Part shown: piece after piece, positions 47,301 through 59,800 of the stretch
Layout of the letters: every line of letters starts with the position of its first letter
How positions within the stretch are numbered: position 1 is the first letter of the stretch
DNA from: Podarcis tiliguerta
Taxonomy: Eukaryota
Length of the DNA: 64,000 bases
Direction: 5' to 3' (one strand)
NCBI GenBank assembly: GCA_965153285.1
Contig: OZ229111.1
Translations under genes and position numbers: made by a program
The notes under the pieces: model-generated
Database searches by the model: none
What the model saw: the letters and a program-made list of their open reading frames with translations, nothing else
Told to the model about the DNA's origin: nothing

Positions 47301-50300
47301 GTTCCTTAATTTTAATGTATTCAGTAAACAGATGTAACACTTTCCTAAATTGTCCTTCATTTTCAGGTTGTGTAGGATTTGGGTAAATTTTGTTAACATT
47401 TTCTGTTTAAACAATGGTCCAGATCTGAAGGTAGCAATAGTCTTGCAATCTCTTGTAGCTGACTTCCATTGTTCTCAGCCATCCTAAATTCATAATTGGT
47501 ACCATAGATAAGAGCTCTCTTGAATCATTTACAGTGCTTGGATTATTACAGCAACTGGACTTCTCAACATGATCAGGTGTTTACAAAATGATAACAAATG
47601 TGGGGTCATAGTGGTTAATGTTTTCTTTGTTATTAGGCATTTTTGTATTTTTATGCTGTGAATCGCTCTGTGATCCTCTAATAACTATTTAATGGTAGGT
47701 AAGTAGGTAGATAGATAGATAATTTCAGCCTGAAGTTCTGCCTTCTAACTGAGGGAAAGGATTTCTAGCAGCATGCTAGCCCATGCCTGGATTTGCTGTA
47801 AAGGACTACGATTGTAATTCAAGCTATGTGCTTTCTAAGCAACAGAACTGAGAGGCCAGTGCAAATGATCTGGGAGTAAACAGTGTTAAATAGGTTATAT
47901 TTAATTATTTTAGTAAACAAAACTGCAGGATGATGAGGCTCAGAAGGATAAATGTAGGTTCAAAGGCAGAGTCTGTATGCCTCGAAACAGAACCAGCTGA
48001 ACTAAGATGTCTGGTGACTTGAGGTAGTTGTTTGTTCAAGTTTTCCTTCAGAACAGAAAGGCTAACAAAACTTTATGGTTAAAAAAGAGAGAATACCAGA
48101 CCAGCCTTAGTTCCATTTTCTTCACAGTGATGGATGTTTCATTGTTTTTATGACAGTTGAAGGCAGCCATGGAAATGAGGGCCTTTTACTGGGGAGACCT
48201 GCCGAAGAGCCAGAACAACCAATCACTGAGAATTCTCTTTTGGAAATCTTGGATGGAATAGTCATGATGTACAACCTCAGCGTGCACCAGCAGCTTGGTA
48301 AGGTGAGCAGGATTCATTTCAGGGGAGTTTTCAGTCCTGTCCCATTTGCACAACTGGGATTGGAACTCACACTAACAAAGACACCATGGCCCACTGGCAG
48401 AGGGTGGGGCGCTTTTGATTGCAGCCGCCATACCAACTCACAATGCTTGCTTGCACTCTGCTTTTGGGTGGAACTACACCCTTTGGTGGCAGACCTGCAC
48501 TTTCTGAACGTGGTTGGCCACCACTCAGCAGTAACACAATAGATGTGCATGTATTTCCTTCTGAGAAGTAGCAGGTGCAAGAAGGGATGCTGATCCCCAT
48601 TCCCTGCACTGGTATCTTGCTTGCAGCCACTTCTTTCCTCCGTCCCAAAGCAGGGATCTGTGATTGGCAGTGAGGCTAGCTGCAAGGGAATAGCCTTGAG
48701 GGAGAAGAGCTTCAGCAGGGATAGCGGCTGACAGAACAAGAGTTGCCAATTTTCTGTTGGAAATTGCCCTGCCTCCTGCTGCTTTATTGCCGTTTGGCAA
48801 TCTCCCACCTTCAGAGGTGTGGGTCTGTCTGCTGCCATCTTACGTAGTTCTGCTATAGGCTGTCAGCTGAAAATCTGTCTCCAGGAAAGCGACTGGTGGG
48901 AGGGGCTCATTGTGGGGTTGGGCCCTGCAATGTATTGATGCTGCCACAAGTTAAGTGTTTGGAAAATAATCCAGTATGTGCTATAACCTGTACAGAAACG
49001 CTCTAGCTGGTACTACTGACCCCTATTTGTGTTTTAGATGGTAGGTGTTTCCGATGATGTGAATGAGTATGCTATGGCACTGAAAGACACTGAAGAAAAG
49101 ATTAGCCGATGCCCAAAGAGGGTAAGAATAACACGGGGATAGTTATATTCACTCTCCCTTAAAATAGGCCTATATTGCCTGCAAGCTGTTCTCTTTCTTG
49201 AGAATCATTCAGGTGCTGAGCAGCACTCTATTGCTCTCACTGATTTTCTGAAGGCAGACTGAGAAGCAATGGTGGCTAATTCTCCAATTAGCTAAAATAG
49301 GATGGTTGTTTTGTGTAGTTAATGATTAATGATTAAAACAACAACAACACCTTGAGTGTTAAAGTCAACTTCAGAGCCACACACTCCTGCAAGATCATGG
49401 CTCCCTTTCCATCAAAACATGGTTCTTGTCTCCTGTGTTACACTGTTCATGTGTGAGCAGTTGTTAAATGAAGTTGCTTTCCAAGGTACCACTGGAATAG
49501 ATTCTCAACTTCTGTGGTGGTGTGTCTAATGTGGAATTGGTGTCAAGACTGCCTCCTGTTAAGATTCCTTGGATATTGTTAGGTGTAAAAAGTTGTGTGC
49601 ACTGTAGCTAGCCAAAGTGTGCCTGGGGCTCCATGGTATACCTGATCTCTGTGTAAGGATGACCCCCTTGGGAAGCAGACCATGGCAGCTCATGCTTTTC
49701 CTCAACATTAAAAGAACATCCTGTGATTGTGGTAAGGCTTTTGTGAAGTACTGGACTTGCTGTGTACATGCTTCTGAAAGCAGGAAAACATATGCACCAT
49801 TGCTCTTCATCCCCCACTCTGTGTCCAATTCAGAGAAGAGACATCCATGATGAACTGGTGAAGAGTCAGAAGGTTTTCTCAGAGAAACTTAATCACCTGA
49901 GTCGCCGACTTGCTTGGATCAACGTTACCATTTATTCAAAGGTGAGCAGGAAAGTAGTACGTATAATATCAGAGAGGTGCCTCACCTAAGCTTGGGCCAT
50001 AAATTCCAGTTCTGGCCTGGCCAATGCTGAATGGAGCTGTACCATTTCTTCCAAAGTCTTGTATGTTGTAATTCTGTTAATAAATCCTGGTAAAGTTCAT
50101 TTTTATCAAAGAAAAATCTTGCGTTGTAATAGTAAATTCATATTCATTTTTCCTGCTTTTGCACAAAATTGTTGAGCTCCTTTTCTTTTATTTCCTCAGT
50201 AGTATTTACCCTGATCTAGGTGTGGGGAACCTGTGGCCCCCAAATGTTGCTGAACTGCAACTTGCCTCATCCCTGATGGTTAGCCATGCTGCCTGAGGCT

Positions 50301-53300
50301 GATGGGCACAAGAGTCCAACGACACCTGCTGGACCACAGGTTCCCTGCCCCTGCACTTAGGTGTATTATTTCATGCCAGTTGAGATACAAACTGACTAGG
50401 AATTGCTCCTTTTCAGGAGAAGATGCAAGATATATACTGGCTGCTACGGGTATGCATCCGCACTATTGAGCATGGAGACAGGATTGGTTCGCTCTTTGCT
50501 TTTATGCCAGAATTTTATCTGAGTGTGGCTATGAATAGCTACAGTGCTCTCAAGAACTACTTCAGTCCTGTCAACAGCATGGAAGAGCTTCCAGGTGAGG
50601 AGGAGAAGGAGGGAACCAGAGATGGCCTCTGAGCAGGACCATCTGTAATTTTGCGAATAGAATTCAATGCACCAGAGAAAAGGGATAAGAACTCCACACA
50701 GAATATTGCATGCTGCACAGAATTTGGGTTGCAAAGAATTTGGGTTAGCTTAACGTGCCCTTGTGGTTGTAAAGGTGTGTTTTGAAAATGTGCTGGCTGT
50801 ATTGTGGGGTAGTATTCAACCAAGCTTTACTCAGAGTAAACTTATTGAAATTATAGACCTAACTTAGTCATGTTCATTAATTCAGTAGGTCTACTGTTGA
50901 GTAAAATTTGGGGATACTCTTGAATGGTACTCAACTTTCTAATCACATTAGGTGCTGTTTAACTTGCTCACACAATTGTCCTGCCCTCCACACACACAAA
51001 ACTACAGTCTGGGTCACTCACTGGGTTTCTCATCTTGATAATGCCTAGTGCAAGCTATAACAAGCATTGTTTGCCCCTGCATCCTGAAGTTGATTAAATG
51101 CTATTAAGCCTGACTGCCTACCCTTACACCTGATAACTTTTTAGTATTTATACATTATCTGAGTGGTGTTACCCTGAAACACTGCAGCTCCTGGTAATTA
51201 TACTGATCCCCTTTTTGAAGAGTTGCAGTCCTAAATGATCTTTGTGTACAGTTTTTAGAATTTCAATAAAAGTCATTTAGCAATTTTGCAGGGCAAGAGT
51301 AGCAAAACATGTAGATAATAGCCATTCTTACTATGCAACTTCATGGCGTAATTAGGTTAAATAACTGCATCATATTGACTATCAAGAACTGCTCAAGCAA
51401 AGCATACAAATCAAGCCTTCTTGCTTACATCCGTTTTTTGCCTCCTCAAATTCCAGCTTGTTTGCTGTCCCTCATTTTGGATTGTGTTGTGTTTTCTGCC
51501 CTCAGCCTGCAGTTACGTTGTTTTGGAAATGTATGCAAAATACATTTCCTCCTCTTTGAAGTACTGTGAAGGGTGAGAAAATACTGTCCTTGTGTCAGAG
51601 CAGGTGTTGTGCAGTCTGGCCCTGGAGATGTAATTATGAAAACTTGTTTGGAAGATCTATTTTCTTATTTCATAGTTATTCCAAACTCCTCCATCTGAAA
51701 TGCCTCTGCCAAGAGCTCTTCTTTTTGGCTGCAAGCTTTTTGGAAGTGAGGCACTGTATTTCAGCATATTGTGTTTCTCTGTAGGTGGTACTCTATGAGA
51801 GCCACAATCTCTTTCATTTTGGGGATGAAACCAGATATGACACCAGGAGATCTGTGATTGGATTGTCCACTCCACCCCCACCCCCCACCTCAAATGTCAA
51901 AAGCTTGTGGTGGATTTTAGATCAGAGCTACAGCACTGGGGAATAGGTTTTTAACCCCCATCCCATCTACAATTTCCCCAATCTTTATTCTTCTGTTTAT
52001 CCCAAAGCTGTTCCATAACACAGTTCAGTATTCCTATTTTAGCTGTGTTATGCGGGTATTAGACGTATACAAAGGGACTACTGTATATTATTGCTAAGAA
52101 TTTGCTTAACTGTAGGGAAGTGTCCAGGCTAATTTTATCAGAATCAACAGCTGCTCCTGTATTGATTATCTGCATGTCTCAGAAAGCCTATACTAGTCAA
52201 AGAGATGAACCCAGTCCACAGCCTGCATGGCTGTTTTCTAACCAGGTGTGTAAAAGAACTTCTAAGGATATTCCCACTTACTTCCGATGTTTCTGGTTAA
52301 GTGGTAAGGTAAAGTTGGCAACATCAAATGCTGCTGTGCAGACTTCCTGCCATCGTTCTCTTAAACTTTAAGCTGGATTCCTGACTTGCCTGCTAGAGAC
52401 TCAGACAAATGGTAGCCCATCCTCCATACTTGGACCGTGTTTTCTCTCTGTAAATCTTAAAGCTCATTCTAGAAATTCATTCTGCTGCAGCTGCTGTATT
52501 CTATAGCTGTGGGGGTTTTTTGCCTGCATCCTGATATTCTGAACTTTTTCTTTTCAGGCTACGAAGAGACTTTGACTCACCTCGCTGCCATTTTAGCCAA
52601 GCATTTTGCTGACTCAAGGATTGTGGGAACTGGTAAGGCAACTCCTGTTTTCCAAAGGACATGCTGGGCTGTAGGTGTTATGTGTGTGCATTCGTGCGCA
52701 CATGCATATGTGATTGGGGGAAAGAAAATTAAGCTCATGCTTGCTGATTTTTTATTTTATTTCTACTTGATACTTCTTGAATAGTAAGGGTGTCTGTTTC
52801 TATGTTTTTAACACCTCAGATCATTGCAGAATTCAATTATTATTTTTGGGTTTGACATTTGTCTTTACAGTATATCCTGTCCTGCTTACTAGTCCTGTAA
52901 CTGTAGTAAACTATGCTTGCAATATTTCACACAGTGAAAATCCGGACAGAAAAGTTATTGAGCTTTTCTTTTTCTTAAAATCACAAAAAATGCTGTGTTT
53001 GAGCTATATTTACGGAAAATCAGCAACAATGGCACTACTGACATGGATTGCCATACGTCTGAATTTTACCGCACATTTTTCTGATTTCTGCCCAGACACT
53101 ACTGCCCACTGCAGTACTCTGAATATGTCCAGGAAATCCCAGACGTATGGCAACCCTAAGTATGCAATTGCACCACAATATCTGAAGCATTTTTCTGGCA
53201 ATCTATGTCCCTACTATCCCTACTCCACTTACATTCTGTCTTGTTTCCATATTCAGACATCAGAGACTCCCTAATGCAGGCTTTGGCCAGCTATGTTTGC

Positions 53301-56300
53301 TACCCACACTCACTCCGTGCTGTAGAGAGGATTCCAGAACTACAGTAAGTTCTTGGTTTCACCATTCCTGAAAAATATTATGTGTCCTGGAAGAGGATTG
53401 TTTCTCTCTTCTTCTCTGAACCAGGCATGATTCCTATACTTATAATCCCTTTTGTGTGGAAGCTGCTGCTCCCCTTGTTTCCTCACATTGCACTTCTGAT
53501 TCTTCCCTCTCAAGTAAACTAAACATCTTGCCTTGAATCCTTCCCAAAGCCCCACTTTTTAACCTTGGTGCTGTTTTCATGGTGGTTGGCTGACTTGTTT
53601 GTTTTACTCTGGCAGGCGAATATCCATGATGAAGAACCTGCTGGCCCCCTACGAGCAAAGACCCTGGGCCCAGACCAACTGGATCCTTGTACGACTGTGG
53701 CGAGTAAGAACAGATACCCTCTGCTTTCACATTTTGTTCAGAATTTCCAGCTTGTAGTTTTAAAACCAGTGGTTTCCCCTCTGTTTGAACTTTCCCTTAA
53801 CTTCTTGTTTGAACTTTGTTACCTTCTTCTGGCGAGAGGGTCTCCATGGTCCTTGTTGGGAGATAACGTGAGGTCTTCTAAGCAGACATTTCTCCCTTCC
53901 CCCCCTCTCCTGTAGGGCTGTGGATTTGGATACAGGTACACACGGCTTCCTCATCTCCTGAAAACCAAGCCAGAAGATGCCAATCTCCCCAGCTTGCAGA
54001 GTGAGTGGGGGATAGGGAGTGGAGATGTGTTGCTTTGCCAATACAGCTTGTGGGTAAATGCAGTCCTGTAACTGAGCTTATCCTAATCTGGTTAGCTGTT
54101 GACTCTGGTACCAGAAGGGCAGGATCCTGTTGTGTGGTGCCCCCACACTGCTGCTGTCTGTTGGCGCAATAATCGGCACCAGTGGATCCTGTCTGTGTAA
54201 CTGCTGGGACCCAGCATGTCTGGGAGCTAGAGGGCTCCTGATGCCATGTAATATAAATAAGTTGTCTCTGTCCCTAACTTAACTGTGTGTGGCAAACTCA
54301 GGGTGAAAAGTTTCTTATTAACTTCCTGACCCAGCTCTCTTCTATTTTTGAGTGCAAAACCTCCTTTAAAAAAACACCACCTCCATATAATTGTGATCAC
54401 CCTGGTTGTTTTCACTGGTTCACTAGGTGATGACCAAAAAAGCTCTGGGGTATATTTATAGGAGACAAAACATTTTAGCAGCATATGGCCAGAGCAGGCA
54501 TGAGTTGACAAAGTGTGAACGCATTCCCAAAGGCACACCAGGTTATAGTTTTAAGGAGTAAAATTGATTTTTCTAAGGAAATCAAGTTGATTGGCATTGG
54601 TGATACATTGGATCAAGCAGGCACTGCTTCACTTGCAGCTCTGGGCTGGTCGTCTTCTGTGAATGTTAGTCCTACTTTGTTCTGAGGCATTTGCCACTCA
54701 CTTATGGCAGCCATGGTTTAGTAATCAGGCTGGTCTTCCAGTGTTACCCCAGTACTCAGAATGGCTTTATATCCAGCATGGCAAGGATCTCTGAGAGACT
54801 CCAGTTACAAGCTGTAGGGGGAGCTTTGGCTTCTCCTCTGTAGTTATTGATCTAGTGAAGAGAATGATGGCATCTGTGTTGCTGAGTGGATGGCAAGTTA
54901 TGAGCTGATCCTGCACTCTTTCTCTGAGAGAGCATATAATGCCGGGACAGAATGACTAACCTCACAGCCCAGCAGAAGGTGGCAGTAGTAACACCTGCTT
55001 GACCCTTCTAAGAAAATTTGCATCTATAATGTTTCTCTCTTTGTTTTGTTTTGCTTTTTTCTTTTCTGCTTTTTTGGGGGCCCAGGAGATCTCTCTGTTG
55101 CTAGTTTCCAGAGTAAGTTTCCTGTTGTCTTCCCTTTGTACGGTGGTGACATAGTTTTATAGCCCTCTAGTAGAGCCTTTTCCCCTACCACCCTTGGTGC
55201 ACAAGCCGGTCCTTTGGAAACGATGGGGTAGAAAGATAAAGCGGGATGAGTCTGGCTGCACCAAGTGATGGTCCTAAGAGCCATCCAAATGTTTGTCATG
55301 GTGACCTGTCAAATGTGCCTCAGGGTGGGTGGTGGAGTATGTATCTCCCTTTAGGTTTGGAGGGAATATTACGAGTGCACAGCAAATATGTTTAGGAGCT
55401 GTTAATGTGCTCTCCATAGCAGTTTCCCCTTGTGGCTGTGGTGTCAACTGTCCTTTTCCTCTTTATTCTTCTCCATTCCACCTTTTTTTTTTTTTTACAC
55501 TTCTTCTGAAAAGATGGACACAACAGGGAACAGAAAGGTTGAGCAGATACAGCTTCCCTGAAACTGCTAGCTCCAGTTCTGGCCCAGTTCTGCAGGCTAA
55601 TAAGCTGGCTGTTTTTGCTGAGGCTGTCATGAAACTCCATTCCTGGGGGTGCGGTCATTGAATGACCTTGGGACACCTATGCAATTGGGTTCACTTTTCT
55701 AGGTGTCGGCAAGGTCATCGCTGTCTGCCAGTGATTTCCTCCATGTGGCTCCGAAAGGTCTAAGACAGGGCACAGGATCCTTTGGCTAGTGATCCTGCTT
55801 TCTGCTATTTTGAGGTGTACTTGAATGAATAATTAATACCAAGTTAATTGAAAGGAGCCTATTTACCAGCTGTCCTTGGGACACTGCCCTAGAGGGGCTG
55901 AGTCCACCCCCCTCTTGCAGGTCTTTGTGATGCTGCAGGGAGAGATTGGAGCACAGACAATGGAAGACATATCAGGTGTGCTCTGGCCATTACTTGGGGT
56001 GGAATATCTGAATGTGAAAGTCAGCTCACCTCTCTGCCTTTCCTGTTACAATCCCTCGCCTTTTGTACCTCAGTTACTGCTATGCTTGCCTAATGTCGAT
56101 GGGCAATTTAGGGGCACGCCAGTGATTAGTCGTCATCTGCTCTCCAGCCTCAGTTTATTAAGGGACAACTCATGCTCATTTCCTGTCTAGGGCCCCCTTT
56201 AGTAACTAAAGCGATGATGGGACTGGCTGGCTCCTAAGAGAGGAGAACATGCATGTACATCCTTCTAGCTTGGTCCTCTACTGGCTAGTTTTTTGAGCCT

Positions 56301-56775
56301 TGAGTTATAGGTTCTGCTGTTAAGAGGTTGACTAGAAGAGCTCTTAAAGCTTATTCTCACAGTTGTGAGCCTTTCAGCTGCATTCTCTTGAAAGCAAGCA
56401 GTGCTCTCACATGTGTGTCACTTTGGGACTCTCATTTGGCAGGGATTTCATTTCAGTGCCAAACCGAAGCTTAGATAATCCGGCTCTGCCTGACAGCTTC
56501 CTCCTGGTTTACATCTGATCTCTAGCATGTTCCAAAGGAGGGAAAAGTGATGTAAGGTGTGCTCCTGGGGTGGGGTGCCATCAGTGTATCTCAGATTTCT
56601 TTTTTCACTGCTGCAGTCCTAGTGACGTCAGTAGTATCTGCTGCTGGGTTATAGTTCCATTGTGAAAAGTTTTACCTTAGCCCTTGTGTCTAAGGGAAGT
56701 GAGGAAACAAATGGCCCTCCTTTAAGACTCTGATGAGGAGGACTTAGTAATAAGAGCTAGCAAAGTTCCTGTAGC

Positions 56776-56821
<46 letters not shown>

Positions 56822-59800
56822 CATTTAAAATGCACCCCTGTTTCAGGCTTGCTTTTGGGTTCCATTGGCAGGCTGGAAAAGAGTTGGGTTTAATTCCCCC
56901 TCCCCTTTAGATTTCTCGCCCTGATCGGAAATGGGCAAACAAGTGTGAACATGTGCCATGCTGGCAGAGAGGAGCGGGACTGTCTGTCTTGGGTGCTGAT
57001 TCCCTGCTAGGGAGCTACTGTGATGCTGCTTTCAGGAGAGATTAGTGCTGAGCTGACCTAGGGCATTGTGGGGATGAGCAGGAGGGATGCTTGGCTTGAG
57101 CTCAGCTGCAGGGCACAGCTTCTTACTTGTAGAGAGACAGCAAATGTGCATGACCACATCCCAGCTAATTCAGATCGGCATTATGGCAAAGAGCTCCAGG
57201 CCTTGGAGACGGGACAGGCTCAGAATAGTCCATGTGTGAGAGCTGGCCTTGGAGGGCAGCTGCCGCCTCTACTTATTGTAAAGAGGGCCTCTGCTGGGAG
57301 GAGGCTCCAAGAATTCCTTGTGATTTTTGAGAGACAAAATGAAGCTGAATGCAGTGAAAGGGGCACATAGTTATAAACTTATAAACTGTTCCCCATTTCC
57401 ACACGATGGCAGTGAAACAGGCTGGGCTTGGGCAGCAGCTGCCCAGCACCTTCCGGTAGTGTGGCCTCTTAAGAAGCCGCTCTTGTTTCATTCCAGAGCC
57501 TTGTCCCTCCACCCTGCTGCAGCGACACATGGCGGACCTGCTGCGGAGTGACCGTGAAATGGCACCCAGTTTCCTCAACAGTGTGCTTAACCAGCTGAAT
57601 TGGGCCTTCTCAGAGTTCATTGGCATGATTCAGGAGGTGAGAGTTTTGGATCCGGAATAAATCCGATTGAAGGAGTAAGCCTCTGCCTGTCATCCTGGAG
57701 GACAAAAACAAAAGTCCTTTCCTTACTAGGTGTCAGTAGCAGTTTGCAGCACAGTTCTTGTGGGATGATGGGATTGAACTGGAAAAGGGGGAGGGGAGTT
57801 AGGGGCAGGTGTGAAGAGAACAGCTGCCCCCCCTTCCAGTTCTTACATTAAGCTGCATCTGTTTTGCTTGGGCAGATCCAGCAAGCTGCAGAGCGCCTGG
57901 AAAGAAACTTTGTAGACAGTCGCCAGTTGAAGGTGTGTGCAACGTGCTTTGACCTGTCGGTGAGCCTGCTCAGGGTCTTGGAAATGACGGTCACACTGGC
58001 TCCTGAGATCTTCCTGGACTGGAGTCGCCCCTCATCAGAGCTATTACTCAGGAGACTTGCACAGGTACTCACTTCTCCGCAGGAAAACATTAGGTTGGGT
58101 ACATGGCAAGGGGCAAAGGTTTTTAGCTGAGGATGTGGGTGCTGTCATTTGGCACAGTCACAGTTTCCTGGGTGAACTATATTATTCTAAAAGAATGTGT
58201 CACCATGGCTCTCCCCCCCCCCCACTGTCTTACTCTGTTAGTGATTATTCAGAGATTGTGTGTATGCATGTCTGCAGCAAGATAAAGGTCTCCAGTTCAC
58301 TGTCCTTTTTCTTCTTTGGTAAGCCTTAATTTCTTCCTGGAAAATAACTCCAGAGTAAAGACGGCCAAACATTTCAAGAAGTGGAAGGATAAGCCAATCT
58401 GTACCCCTTCCCGATGATATTCCTAAGAATCTCCTTCTCTGGGCTTCAGCCCTTGCTTCCTTTTTCAAATGCCTTAATGCCCCCTATGATTTATTTAAAG
58501 CTTTTAAAGCATAATGTATCAGTAAATCACCTTTTCTGTCAAGCATCAATTCATACTCACATGTTTTCATTATCCATGCATCAGATCCATTCAGTACAGA
58601 CAGAATAATTCATTCATTTATTTATTTCAATGTTTTCATATCCCTCCACCTGTAATATAAATATAAAATAAAACAGAATAAAATCATAAGTTCATTAAGG
58701 AAAAATAGCAACACAAAGCCGAAACACCAACCAGCATCAACAATATCAGGTTCCAAAGGCCCAGACAGGTAATCTTGCATGTTCCATTTCCATTGTCCAT
58801 GGTCAACCTGGCCACCATATGACCAGACAGTTGATGTGCAGATATCCTGGCAAGATTACATGGCCACTTGAGTGAAGCTGCTAAATCGTACAGCCATTAG
58901 CCATTAGGTAACAATGGAGAACATGAAACTTATAGATGTAGACACTGATGCTTAAAGATTGGGAGGGCAGGGTGTGCATGTCACTTGGGACTTGCTTGCA
59001 TGGGTCACTGTAGCAGATCCATCTGGAAACCTAGTTTGAGTTGTCATGCGATGACTGGCCATGCAAAGAGGCTTGCGGCACACCAGAGCCACCTATAAGC
59101 AGTTACATGCAGATGAAGTGACCAAACCACTCATATTTGTTCTGAGCACATCTGTTCACACAACCAACTACAGTGCAGTGTTTGAAAATAGGTTGACCAA
59201 AAATGTCAGGTTTTAATTTTGAAATGAACTCTTCGAAATGCTTTTATGAATTGTTTCTTAAAAGAGTGCGGCATTTATCCCTGAAGGGGAAAGCAATGTG
59301 CCAAATGTTCTTTGGGTGCCACTTTCAGAATTCTGCCACATTCTAGCTGAAGCATCAGCTTGCTCTCTGGAATGATGACTCACTGCTGGCTAGTTCCTCA
59401 TTTTGCCCAACTTCTTTAAATCAAATATCTCTGCACAACCTTGCATGTACCTTTGTGCTAAGGTTCCACTGTATGCATGTGGAAATTTGGCTTATTAGAA
59501 AGAGGCCCCATCCATCCATGGAATTAAGAGCTGTTTTGCCTTCTAAGAGTTTTTTCATTGAAAGTGTCCACAGCCTGAGATGTGAGCTGATGCAACCCGA
59601 GCCACATTTTCAGTCTGTTATTGCTGAAGGCTCAGGTCTGTTGTCATTCTCATGGTTCACAGAGAGGCCTGTCATATTTCTTTTCTGAGCAGCCGCCTTG
59701 ATGGGTATCCTCCACACCATGAAATCTAGGGCCACACAGAGCATCATCATTCATCCATCTAGTATCTCATCATCTGCTGTAAAATATATGTTCTTGGAAG

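Noticed and set aside
56623-56630. Perfect CRE palindrome TGACGTCA (also at 23793-23800)
   Set aside because: Isolated intronic 8-mers with no supporting context; compatible with chance.
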